Of a DNA stretch of 64,000 bases, positions 36,501 through 48,680 are shown piece after piece. The stretch lies in NCBI RefSeq assembly GCF_009914755.1, contig NC_060937.1; one strand, given 5' to 3'. Every line of letters begins with the position of its first letter. Position 1 is the stretch's first letter. Under the pieces are notes generated by a model, which saw only the letters and a list, made by a program, of their open reading frames with translations, was not told where the DNA came from and did not search any database. The position numbers were made by a program, and so were the translations under genes. The DNA is from the human T2T-CHM13v2.0 reference genome, Homo sapiens.

Positions 36501-38429
36501 TGTTGGGTACACGTTTGTGGGGACAGGCTTGAATTCCCAGTCAAGCCAAGTGGGTGTTTTGATGCCACTGCAGGGTCTTTACGGAAGGTCGTTGCTTTGA
36601 CAAGGAACAGTTTGGGGACTGGTTCCTCAGATCCACTGAGGTCACCCACCATCTGCAGTACAACCCGTTTGGAAGCTGTTCTAGCCCCAGAATTGAAACT
36701 TAAAATGTGCTCAAGTGGGGCATAGCAATAGGTTATTAAAATAATCATATGTTTTATCTCATTTGATCTTATTCCCACTCATATTATTTCCCTTTCAAAA
36801 CGCAGGAAGCAGAGCCTTGGGGGCTTCCGTGACTCATCTGTCAAATGCTCCACGGAGGCTCCAGCAGGGCCCGGACCTGAGCTCGGGGCGCTGCCAGGTT
36901 CTCCCTCCCTTCCCTCTGAGCCCCTCAGCACCTCCTGCCCTTGAACTCCTTCCTGCCTCGGTCATCCTCCTCCTTCTCCATCCTGAGGATGGCAGGTTTT
37001 TGAAAACATGGTGAAGGGCTTGCTCCGTGGTGACGGAAGGTGTCTCCTTGTTTCTGCGCTGAGGCTGCCGTGGACAAGGTCAGGGCCAGAGCGGCCTGCA
37101 TCTCAGGGTCCTGACTCCAAGTTCCTCTCTCTTTGGCCTGCACTTTCCATCCCCTGCCAGCCATGACCTGTGGCAGCAGTAACTGCTTTGCAGAGGCAGG
37201 GTCTGGAAGGCTTAGGGCAGATTTTGGTGGGGGACGGGGTAGGGAATTGCAGCGTCTGACCTCTTGTCCGGGGTGGGTTTCAGTCCAGGCCCCTCACAGG
37301 GACCACATCACTGCCCTGAGCGTTGCATCTTTGTGCACAGCATCTCCAGGCGCTGGAGGTGTCTTCCTCTCGCTGCCTCCATGCCCAGCATGGGGGGATG
37401 GGAGAGATGAGGGCACATGGGGACCATGCAGGCGACTGAAGAGCTGCTTCTGAGCCCCAGAGCCTCTGCAAACACGCAGGGGATGACGCTTTCACTGGAA
37501 GGGAACCAAGTGACCCATTAATAGACAAAGGTTCACCAAGGGATCCAGGCTGGTGCTAGATGTCCTCGCGCCTCCTGCTGAATTGCTCAGTCTCTGCTCA
37601 GCCAGGCCAGGGCTACGGCCTGCCTGCCTCTCTCCCTTATTCCTCACTGTCTTGGCTGCGTGCTACCAGGCCCTCCACACCAAGACCTGGTTCCAGGCTG
37701 GATTCCAAAGGGTGTGGGAGATTCCCGCAGCCCTTCCCACTCTTCTTGGTGCTGAGTCTCATGCCTGGGTCTTCCTTGGCGAGTGTTCACTGCCTGGCAC
37801 AGCATCTCTGACACCTGGTCGTGTGGGCAGAGGCTCCTCTTCCAGGCTGGAGAGGAAAGTGTCTGGGGGCCAGGAAGCCCGGTCCCACTCCAAAATCAGT
37901 AGCTGAAGAGCAACAAGATTGATGGCCTGAGGCTGGAGGTCCCAAGCCTCAGAAGCTCCCAGGGCCCACAAACCTGCGCTCAGGTGAGCTGCCAAGAAAG
38001 GACTGAGCCTCAGCCTCAGGTGTGGCCTCTCTGCCTCTGTTCTCTAATTAAAAAAAGACTTGGAGATTGATGGTACCCGCCTCCGGGGGTGTTCGTGAGG
38101 ACTACAGCAGAAACAGCGCCAACAGGACGGGCAAGGTTGCAGGTGGAGAGTCGGGTGTCAGAATGGGGATTAGCTGGAATGATTTTGATTCAGGGCTTGT
38201 GTTAATCCAGGGACTTACTCGCTCTTCCACAGGTTGGTAGGAATGAAGGAGGAGTGAGGGTCCGTTTGTGTGGATTACACCTGAGAAGAGCAACTCGGAC
38301 TCAAATGCAGGCTGCTACTTACAAAGTGAACCGTTTCTACCCTCTCTTCCCATGCTACCCCAGCCCCTTGGGAGACTGGGAAGGTCTGGAGCCCTGCGCT
38401 GCATTCCCGCCCCTGAAAGCGATTCTATA

Positions 38430-39115
38430 GGCGCATTTGCTTTCTTTTGTCTTGAAAATTATCATGTAGTAAAGTTAGCTATTTTTTCCTTTTGGTCTGC
38501 AGCTTTACGAATTTCTACACGTGTAGATTTGTATAACCACTGCCGTAATCAGAATATAGAATATGCCTTCACCTTCAAGCTCCCTGTCGTCATACCTGTG
38601 GCCACCCACCGGCCTGGGTTTCCTGGGACTGAGGGGTTTCGTGTGGATGGGGGACTTTCAGTGCTGAAACGTGGTGTGTCCGAGGGTAGGTTGTTACCCT
38701 ACCACATCAGCCCTCACCGGGAACCTGGTCTGTTTTCCGTCATTAGAGTCTTTGCGATGTCAGATGACTTGAAACCTCCGGCCACCTTTGAGAGGCTTCT
38801 CCGCCTCAGCACGGTGTCTGTGAGGGCCACCAGGTAGCTGTGTCTATGGACAGGTGATTCCTTCTGATGCTGGGGAGGGTTTCTCGGTGTGGAAATGTCA
38901 TGCCAAGTAAATTGTTTACTCATTTACCCGTTGTAGGACATCTGGATTATTTCCAACTTTTGCTTTCACAAATCAAGCTGTTCTAAACATTGGTATGTAG
39001 CTTTTTGATGAACATAAGTTTTCATTTCTCTAGGAGTAGGATTGCACATTTAACTTTATAAGAAAATATGAAAATACCTAACCATTTTCCCAAGCGGCCA
39101 CACCATTTCCACCAG
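38430..39115 (-). mobile_element. Old L1M (MC/MD/ME) fragments
   Basis: GTAGATTTGTATAACCACTGCCGTAATCAGAATATAGAA and TTTACTCATTTACCCGTTGTAGGACATCTGGATTATTTCCAACTTTTG...ACATAAGTTTTCATTTCTCTAGG. Confidence 0.6.
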
Positions 39116-39180
39116 TAAAGCAGGCGTGGGGCCCCGCAGTTGTGCTTGAGGCACCAGGAACCATACAAACATGCCTTATT

Positions 39181-39365
39181 CAGGGGTGCACAACTCGGGC
39201 CACCCCCTGCGGCCTTGGGAAATGTCCCATGGTGACATTTCCAGTTGTCACCGGAGGGGGTGTGCCTGGTATCAGAGGGTGGAGGCCGGGACGCTGCTCA
39301 CACCCCCTCGTGCGGGATGCACCGCCCCGCAATGATCTACCCAGGAGGCCCATGGCACCTGAGTA
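39181..39365 (+). mobile_element. MER20, strongly GC-shifted
   Basis: GGTGACATTTCCAGTTGTCAC...GGGTGGAGGCCGGGACGCTGCT follows the MER20 order of motifs. Confidence 0.6.
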
Positions 39366-41584
39366 GGACAAGCCCCAGTTCAGTCATAGAGTCTACCAGG
39401 CCCACTGCTCTTCCCCTTTGTGGGAAATGTTTAACCTCCTTATGTGATTCTTCAGTTCTTTCCCTTCTTTCAGTTGGTCAGACTGGCAAGGTGTTGAGGA
39501 AAGATGATTCCTGTTGGCACCTGCAGTGCCGGGCACGCACCTGTAGTTTCTCTCCCTGGTGAGTGGCTGCGATTCCTGCCTCTGGGATTCAGGGGCCCTG
39601 CTGGGGTTTGCTGAGCATGGATGTGTCCTTGGGGCTGCTGCTATCATTCCCGTTCCACAAACAAGGCTGGAGATGGAGAGAAGATGAGGATTGAGTGAAG
39701 TCAGGCCTGGCAGGGGCCCCCGTCCTTGGTACCCGCGTCTCTCACCAATAGTGTCCCAACCAAACTGCTAGATTCGGGACCCCGGCTCCCTGGATGCTCC
39801 TCTCTGTCCCCTCTACCCTCACCATCCCAGCGGCCATTCATGGGCACCACTCCTGTCCCCAGCACCCCCAGGGCACCGCTGCCCTCACAGCTGCAGGGGG
39901 AGCACTCTCCCTCACTGCGTCTTGTCTCCCAGGGCCCATGCTCTATGGCTTTGTTCGGGGTCGGAGCTGCTGCAAGCCTCCCATTTGCTCCTCTCTCTGC
40001 TTCTTTTGCCCCGTCCCCCCTCCCCAAGGTCCGGGCTCCTTTTTCCCAGGGCTCTGGACAGTGCTCCTCTATGGCTACTGGGTCCTGGGCCTGAGCATGG
40101 TGCCTGGAGGCTCTCCTTCCTCTCCTCCAATGCTTGTGCCCAGGAGAGGTTCCCTCCCTCTCTGGCTCTGTCCACCTGCCCAGCTGCCTTTGCGGGAGTC
40201 TTCTGTACAGGGCGGCAGCAGGCAGTGGTGGCAACGGGGCCCAGCCACCTTCCTTCCCTGGGTATGCATTGACTTGAGCCCCTGAAGGAGCGTCTGTATT
40301 CAAGGTACACCATTCTTTGTGACAGTGGAGAGACTCACAGTTGTTTATTAATTACATATAATCTTTAAAGTAAAAATGCTAACCAACACAAATGGAGTGG
40401 GGGGCATGGGGCCGGGGATGAAATGCATCCACTGCAGGACCTTTGAGCTGGGTGGGGAGTGGCGGGGCACGGAGGGCGCAGGACTTCGTCCGATGGAGTC
40501 AGGGGCGAGGCAGGGCAGATGCTCCAAATGATGGGCAGTGGGACCAGGCCGGGGCTGCCCTTGGGGAGGGGTGGGGAAAGGAGCTGGAGAAGCAACCCTT
40601 TCTTGGTCGTTATTGGGATGAAGAATAGGTAATTTAGAAACTGGAGGGAAAGCAATGTAAGGAAGAGCAACAGAGATTGGTGCCGTGAAAAACAGACATT
40701 TGCCTAAACCCTACTGGACAGGGAGGGGGCTACAGGCTTAACTCCTTTAGAAACTTTAATTATAATTTTGATGACTATTTAATTAAAATGAATGGAATAC
40801 TGAAAGACGAACATTTTGAACACTTGCATCAAGTCTTTTGGCCAGTCTGTCCCTGGCAAGAACCCCGGGTGGGAGAGCTCTGAGGCCATGGGGTTTGTGT
40901 GGAATCCTCTCTTTTCTCAGTGTCTTCACCTGCTGGCCAGTCCACACCTGGATGTGGAAGGAGGTTCAGTGCTGGTGACTTCTTAATTGCCGTGGAAAAT
41001 TTAATTGCCTCACTAGCCAAAAATGAACACAATTTGCATTAATAAAAGATTGGGTGTCCTGGTGCATTCCACTGAAATGGAATTGTGTCCCTGAATTTTT
41101 AACAGGCACGAAGTGGACAGTGGAATGAAAAGTCTGTTTCTTTTATAGAGCAAGAACAGATGTAAAATAATGTACTCAAAGATTATTAAACCGAAGGACT
41201 GCACAGACCCTGCGGGGGTGTGATCAGCACTCAGTGAAGAGCTGGCTAAACTGGAAAGGAAAAGAAAAAGATATTCAGAGGAAACAAACAGGGCTACACC
41301 ATCAAAGCCCCTTCTGGTCAGGCTGCAATGGCATCCCGGAACACCCTGCGGGATTCAGCTTCTTGCCTGAACCCAAGGCAGCTGAGTGGCGGCACAGACT
41401 CGCCCCAGCCCAGGCTTCTTCGGCTGTGAAGCAGCTTCCTCGAATCTCTTCAGGCAAAAGCCATCCTCTGCTGGCTACGCACTAAGTCTTTCTCTGGCCG
41501 TAATCTCTAACTTGTGGCTCAAAGTCGAGACTCACATTACTGACACCTGCATCCGCAGGATGGGTCTCTGGAGAAGCCAGTCTG

Positions 41585-41722
41585 CTTCTAAGCTTTAATG
41601 CACATTGCAATTCCCTGCACATCTTGTTGAAATGCAGATACTGATCTAGGGGTTGGGGTGGGGCCTGGGACCCTGCATTTCTAACGAGCTCCCACGTGAC
41701 ACTGATGCTGGCTGTCCTCACT
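41585..41722. mobile_element. MER5-family hAT-Charlie element
   Basis: CTTGTTGAAATGCAGATACTGAT...GGGGTGGGGCCTGGGACCCTGCATTTCTAACGAGCTCCC. Confidence 0.8.
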
Positions 41723-42477
41723 AAGGATGAACAGGGCTTGTTCTAGCTCTTGCCACAGTGCCCCGGAGCCCGAGCTGTTTCTAGCAGAGTTCGTTGGAAC
41801 CACGAAGGGAACTTAGGGCCGAAGCAAAACCACAGGGGGCCAGGCAGTCTGCACTTTGCAAACTCTCAGGGGGTTCTAACATGAAGATGGAGCGCTTCGT
41901 CAGGGTGCTGGTTGTTTCTTCCCTAACTCGTCAGCCCTTAGTCTCAGAGTTTGATTATAAACCCCGTGGAAATGGAGTTGCTCTGTAATCAAATGTTTTC
42001 TCGTGTGTGGTTTCTCCATGCTGCGGAGTGTTGGTAAAAGACATTTACTCAGTTTCCTTCAAGGTTCCTGGCAGAAGCTTCAGGATTCTCTGTCTGACTG
42101 TTGCTTCATCTGACAAGGCCTGTGTCATCTGTCCTGGTGGAAAACAGGACGTGACATCTGCTGGCCGCTGTTTCTGGCTCATGACACTGTATCGTTCTCT
42201 TGAATTAGAAAGACCCTAACCTCAGAAAATGGTCTTTTTCTCTGCTTTGCTTCTATAAGAGATTTAGGAAGGTCAGTCCTCTTTCCTAGTTCCCTGTTGA
42301 CTAAGTTTTTTTGAAGGAGCAAACCAGTATTAATCATAAGAAATGAGCAAGATTAAATGAAGTGTGACATAATCTGGAGAATTAGTACTCACTGTTCAAA
42401 ATGAACTCATCCTGTTATGTTTATGAGATTTTTAGTGATATATTGAGAGGGTAGATTTGGTTTGAGAGTGGAATCTA

Positions 42478-42586
42478 CATGTATGCATGTGTGTATGTGT
42501 GCATTCGTTTCTGTGTACATGTGTGTGTATGTTTATATGCACGTGCATGTATGGGTACACGTGTGTGTGTGTGTGTGTGTGTGTAT
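42478..42586. repeat. (TG)n/(TGCA)-rich simple repeat
   Basis: Read directly from the sequence. Confidence 0.85.
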
Positions 42587-43619
42587 GGATGAAGGAATAA
42601 CAAAGAGGAATCCATGTCTGGGTTACATTGGCATGTGAATCGTTGTTTGGAGTCCACCGTGCAGGGAAGCCCCCTGCCCTGGCGATGTACTCTTACATGC
42701 TGAGACAGTTTGTTGCCAAGTGCTGTCATCATCTTGGCAGGTAGAATGTCCTGGCAAGGCTGAGTGGCCTGCATGAGGTTAAGGTGCAAGGCCAGCTCAG
42801 CATGGGGATGGCCAGCCCCGTCTGCTCCAGGCCTATCTGCAGAGGCCTTCTGCCCGGCCAGCGGTGTGACCTCTGCTCTGTGACATTGCCCATTTGGAAG
42901 AACAGTGTCTGCAGATTTGCTAGTCTAAAGGTAGCTAACTGCTGCCTGCTCACCAGTGGCCAAATGGAGCTTGTTGAGATGTGGTGCCCACATAGGTGCC
43001 ATGTGAGCTGCTCCTGCCTCCGAGCAGTGGGATAGACAAGGGGCAGGCTCAGGGCAGACGCAGGCCTTCTGGGGAGGGGTGGCGGAAGTCACGTGCTTGG
43101 AACATCAGGGAAGTTCCTCCGAAAGCGTGGGGCTGGGGAGGGCTTCAGTCAGGGGAGAGATGTGAGTTTGAGCAACAGAAAGTGCTAGATTCATGAAAAA
43201 CAACTGCTCTTTTTTCTCTGGAACGTGGATCAGAATTAAGTCTTCTTCTGGTAAATAACACATGTAGAATTTCATGATGAAATATTTTGGGCAGATATAC
43301 AAAAAAGAAGACATCGTGTTACAAATACCCCTGTCCCCATCACAGAGCTTAACAGGGAAGCCGCAACAGACCCCTCTCGCCACGCCCACCCTCCCTCCCA
43401 GAGGTGAGTGCTGTGCTGCGTTGGTTGTTTTGAAGACTAATATGTAGCATAAATTTGCTACATATTAGTAAATATTAGTATATACACACACAACACATGT
43501 GCACAGACATGCATTTGCATACACAAAGACAGGCACACACATACATGCATGTACATATATACAAATTCATACTACACACTACATATCAGTCAGAGCTGGG
43601 AAATGTTATGTAAATACCA

Positions 43620-44050
43620 GCCTGTTGTCTACATATTTTTGTGTTTATTGGTGGGGGTGTCTCAACTTTATGTTTTAAAGACTTATTCACGATGTTTCAT
43701 CGCTCATTCATTTTTCACTGTTGCATAGTATTCTAGCTTATGAATGTGCAACAACTTACATACCCCTGGTCTTCCTGATGAATATATAGGTATCTTACAC
43801 TGAATTGCTCCATTCAACAGTGCTACAGTGAATAGCTTTGTGTGTATTTCTGTGGGCACATGCACAAATGCGTTTCTCTGGGTATCAAAAAGTACAAGAA
43901 AAATTGTAAGGTCTTAGAATATGCTTGTTTAATTCTTCCACTGTTGTTAGTTGCTCTTTAAATCATCAAATGAACTTCAGCTCTTACTGTAGAACTTATT
44001 TTACATCCTTGCCACAGCTTTCTACACTTTTTATCGTCAAATGAAATAGT
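43620..44050 (-). mobile_element. Old L1ME-like fragment
   Basis: TCATTCATTTTTCACTGTTGCATAGTATTC...AACAGTGCTACAGTGAATA...TTTCTCTGGGTA...TTTACATCCTTGCCA. Confidence 0.6.
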
Positions 44051-44073
44051 AGAAGTGCTGGCCATAGGCAGGA

Positions 44074-44611
44074 GTAGACACCAAACGCCACATTCCCAAT
44101 CAGCACCGACGATGCATGGCTCATGTAGACACCACACACCATATTCCCTATCAGCACTGACGGACGCATGGCTCATCTGTAGACACCACACACCACATTC
44201 CCGATCAGCACCGACAGATGCATGGCTCATATGTAGACACCACACACCATATTCCCTATCAGCACCGACGGACACATGGCTCAACTGTAGACACCACACA
44301 CCACATTCCCCATCAGCACCAACGGACGCATGGCTCAACTATACACACCACACACCACATTCCCCATCAGCACCAACGGACGCATGGCTCAACTGTAGAC
44401 ACCAAGTACTACATTCCCTATCAGCACCGACAGACGCATGGCTCAACTGTAGACACCACACACCACATTTCTCAATCAGCACTGACGGACGCATGGCTCA
44501 TCTGCAGACACCACACACCACATTTCCAATCAGCAGCAATGAACGCATGGCTCAACTGTAGACACCAATCACCACATTCCTCATCAGCACCGATGGATGC
44601 ATGGCTCATGT
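44074..44611. repeat. Minisatellite, about 54-bp unit GTAGACACCACACACCACATTCCCCATCAGCACCGACGGACGCATGGCTCAACT, about 10 copies
   Basis: Tandem copies read directly; source of the repetitive ORFs 44055-44561 and 44218-44613. Confidence 0.95.
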
Positions 44612-45214
44612 AAGAAAATCCCAACTTGATAACAAACACAATTTTCAATACAATACAAGATCCTGGGCCATATTGCCACTTCATTCTCTGTTCCAAAATG
44701 GTTCAAATGGGAAGAAATGGAGTACAATAAGAAAATTAGGACTATAATCACTTCAAACTTATAATCGTCTATAGAAACATCCTAGTAAAAAATAACTATC
44801 TCCATTATAAATATTTCTAAACACAGTCACATTCTCTCTGGGGACGCTGACATTAATCCTGCTAAAACGGGTTCCATCCCAGCACCATCCCCTTGTTGAT
44901 AACATTTTTCTATAAATACAAAAAGTATTGAGTGGTCAAATGCTGTATAGTAAGATCAATATTCTAGCCACATAAAAGTGCCTCTCTGATAATGTAGCAT
45001 CAGGAGATAATCTTAAAAACACAGTTTTTCAAGCAGCATCAACTAAAAGATTCATAAACAGGGAGAGGATTTAAAAAGAGCCATAAAATAGGGCTGACGT
45101 TGGGGTTAGATTTTCAGGTTGCTTTTTACAATCGTCTTCCATCCTCAAGTCTCATCCCTCAAATTAACAAACCACTTGTTTATAAAGCTTTCCATGCAGA
45201 ATCCAAGTGATACC

Positions 45215-46093
45215 CGTGAATGTTAACTGATCACTTTCTGTATGCCTGGCTTCCTTTCTGTGAGTGTTAACTGAGCACTTTCTGTAGGCCTCGCTTCCTT
45301 TCTGTGAGTGTTAACTGAGCACTTTCTGTATGCCTGGCTTCCTTTCCGTGACTGTTAACTGAGCACTTTCTGTATGTCTGGCTTCCTTTCCGTGACTGTT
45401 AACTGAGCACTTTCTGTATGCCTGGCTTCCTTTCCGTGAGTGTTAACTGAGCACTTTCTGTAGGCCTGGCTTCCTTTCCGTGAGTGTTAACTGAGCACTT
45501 TCTGTAGGCCTGGCTTCCTTTCCGTGAGTGTTAACTGAGCACTTTCTGTAGGCCTGGCTTCCTTTCCGTGACTGTTAACTGAGCACTTTCTGTATGTCTG
45601 GCTTCCTTTCCGTGAGTGTTAACTGAGCATTTTCTGTATGCCTGGCTTCCTTTCCGTGAGTGTTAACTGAGCACTTTCTGTAGGCCTGGCTTCCTTTCCG
45701 TGAGTGTTAACTGAGCACTTTCTGTATGTCTGGCTTCCTTTCCGTGAGTGTTAACTGAGCACTTTCTGTAGGCCTGGCTTCCTTTCCGTGAGTGTTAACT
45801 GAGCACTTCCTGTATGTCTGGCTTCCTTTCCGTGAGTGTTAACTGAGCACTTTCTGTATGCCTGGCTTCCTTTCCGTGACTGTTAACTGAGCGCTTTCTG
45901 TAGGCCTGGCTTCCTTTCCGTGACTGTTAACTGAGCGCTTTCTGTATGTCTGGCTTCCTTTCCGTGAGTGTTAACTGAGCACTTTCTGTATGCCTGGCTT
46001 CCTTTCCCTGAGTGTTAACTGAGCACTTTCTGTAGGCCTGGCTTCCTTTCTGTGACTGTTAACTGAGCACTTTCTGTATGCCTGACTTCCTTT
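45215..46093. repeat. Minisatellite, 44-bp unit GTGTTAACTGAGCACTTTCTGTATGCCTGGCTTCCTTTCCGTGA, 20 copies
   Basis: Highly homogeneous copies with a few recurrent variant positions. Confidence 0.97.
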
Positions 46094-46597
46094 GGGTGAA
46101 GCTGTGGTAAACACCGTGAAGGACCCTCAGCTCCAGTTGGGAGAGGAGAAAGACCCTTAGAGGATTTAAAGGACTATTTGCTAATGTTGTCCAGAGGCCA
46201 TTTGTCCCCAGGGAACAGAAAGGCAGGGACTGGAGGGAGCTGAGCTGCCAGGGCTTTGCTGTTTGAATTGTGTCCACCGAGTGCCGCAGGCTTCCCGGGA
46301 GGAGGAAAGAACCCAGTGCCATGGGGGATGGATGGGGAAGCTGAGGCAGGGCTGGGAAACTGGCTAGCCTGGAGTGGAGGGCCTGTTTTGGAAGGTTGTA
46401 AATGAGAATGATTGCATATAGGGGAAGGAGAGGTGATATCTGTGGTTTCCAGTCTGACATTGACCTTTTGGATGAAGCCATTAAGCGTTTGCTTCCACGG
46501 ATGCTGCACGCAGAGCAGGTGGTGAGGTCCATGGCCCCTCCCTCCATCCAGGGTGGGCCTTTGCAACTTCCTAGGACCACTGAGCGTGGTGGACCTA

Positions 46598-46928
46598 GAG
46601 TAGCCCCCACCTTATCCATGGGGATACATCCCAAGACCCCCAGCAGATGCCTGAAATCACATAGTACCTGACCCCTACGTGTGCTGTGTTTTTCCTATAG
46701 AGTGACAGGCGAGACAGCGCAGAGTCTGGTTACACTGGACGAAGGGATGATTTGTGTCTCAGGATACAGAGGCACAGCCCAGATTTCATAACACTGCTCA
46801 GAACTGACCACAACTTAAAACTTAAAATTGATTTGTTTCTAGAACTTTCCACTTAATATTTTTGGACCAAGATTGACCGCAGGTCACTGAAACCGTGGAA
46901 AGTGCAATTGTGGACAAGGGGGCTACTG
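46598..46928 (-). mobile_element. MER44-like (TcMar-Tigger) MITE
   Basis: TIRs GAGTAGCCCCCACCTTATCCA...TGGACAAGGGGGCTACTG flanked by TA at 46596-46597 and 46929-46930. Confidence 0.82.
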
Positions 46929-47099
46929 TAATGCTCTGGATTTCCTAGAATTCGCCATAGCATGGTCTATGTTTTCATGTTGCTTTTTGGGGATGCTTGG
47001 AGGAAGCCCACAGGAAGTGTGGATGTGGGGGCCACGTGGGGAACCCCTGAGGCCCGTGGCCTGCAGCCTGTACCACCTTGCCAGCCATGCGGTTAAGAG

Positions 47100-47270
47100 A
47101 CTTTAGGGGGACCCCTCCAGCCTCCACCTGAGTCGTCGCAGCTAACACCACACAGAGTCCAGATATGTCATTTCCGCCACTCCTGCCCAAACGATAAGGT
47201 CATCAGCAAAGGACATTGCTGTTGTTTTAAGCCACCAAATTGTAGGGTGGTTTATCACACAGCAGCCCTT
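47100..47270 (+). mobile_element. MLT1 LTR 3' fragment
   Basis: TGCTGTTGTTTTAAGCCACCAAATTGTAGGGTGGTTTATCACACAGCAG is a typical MLT1 3' end. Confidence 0.6.
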
Positions 47271-47584
47271 TACAGCATGTGTACAAATCCCCTGTCGATC
47301 ATTTCACACACCTCTACTTCCCTATCTAGAGGTGGAGAAGGTGTCTCACTCTAGGAGCTTGTCTTGTGGGTGGCCAGATGGATAGGAGTTCACCCACAGG
47401 AACCGGCTGAAGGTGGGGAGTTGGCCATCCCATGATTGGCCAGACCCCTCCCCAGGTGGTGGGGTGTGGGCCCACACGGCTCCCCACAGACACCCCTCTT
47501 AGTACGCAGGATCCAGGGCTCCCCAGCTCCCATTTTTCTAAACCCCAACACATCTCTGACACAGTAAAATCTTATAATATCGTT

Positions 47585-48680
47585 GGCAATGAGCGGCGGA
47601 GGTTTGGAGAGAGCCATGCTGGGGACTTCAGTCCTTGAGCGGCAGCAACGCAAAGCTCCAAGTGTGAACAAAAGCGAACTTTTTCTTGAGGCCGTGATAG
47701 AGGAATGACCGCCTCCTGGGACCTGTGGTTTTCTTCGGCGCAGGAGAAGGCGACAGGGCCCTGTCCTCGGGGATGGGCGGAGGTGCTGGGGATGAAGGAG
47801 GGACCCTGCGCCTTATGTTCTGAGCAAGCTTCCAGGGTTCCTTAGCTCCGCAATGCGTTGGAGACTCCGGCTTCCTTGCACACGTCAGGGGAGGACTCCA
47901 CGGAGCCTCGCTCCTCAGACCGGGGTCCGGGGACCGGCGGCACCGGAATCGCCTGGGCGCCTGTGGGACTGTCAGGCCCCCCCCGGTCTATTAAACCGGA
48001 CAGCAGGCGACTGCGCGGGACCCAGGGCGACTCCGACAGACGGGGAGCCGGGGGGAGTGTGGTCCGGAGTCGATTCTCAGACGTGAGGGTGCCGGAGAGA
48101 TCCCCTGCCCGGCTTGTGGAGCCCGGGTTGCTGGGCCCGAGGGTCAGGTGAGGTCAGGGATGGATAAAACGGAAAATGTCCTCATATATTGTTCCCGGAG
48201 AGATGTATTTCGAGAAGAAAATGGATGAAACCACTTGTTAAAGCCGAAATGTAATGGGGCACGCAGTGGGTGTGGACGTCAAACTCGCTGCCGGCCAGGG
48301 GGCTTGCCCTGGGACCCCCACTCCCGCTGAAGGCCAGCAGTGAGAGAGGTGGGACAGCAGTTTCTTCATCTGTTCGCAGCAAGGCAGTCTCTTCTGCCTC
48401 GCAGTCTCGTTCAGGCAACACTGCGGGAATTCGGCGTGCATCGCTGGCGGGCCGCTGCTCCCTGCCGCCCTCCCGGGTTGTGGCTGAGCCCACGGGAGGC
48501 GCGTATTTCCCACGCCATCGCTGGCTGCGCTTGCTCCTGTGGGTCCTGATGTCTCCTGAGTGGGCCCCCGGCCATGGAGCACCCAGCCTTGGCGTCTGCT
48601 GCGGGCGCTGGGCCCCTGTTCCTGGCTGGCTTCTGGGTTGGCTCCTGAAGCTGCAGCTGGGGCTGACTTCCCGGCAGGCA
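47585..48680. promoter_or_regulatory. CpG-rich island (orphan CGI candidate)
   Basis: High GC with dense CpG over about 1.1 kb compared with CpG-depleted flanks. Confidence 0.65.

Noticed and set aside
39701-40313. Overlapping 116-200 aa ORFs on both strands
   Set aside because: GC-rich chance ORFs with no domain or splice support.
45215-46093. Regular 44-bp array as a possible CRISPR
   Set aside because: A pure tandem repeat with no spacers.
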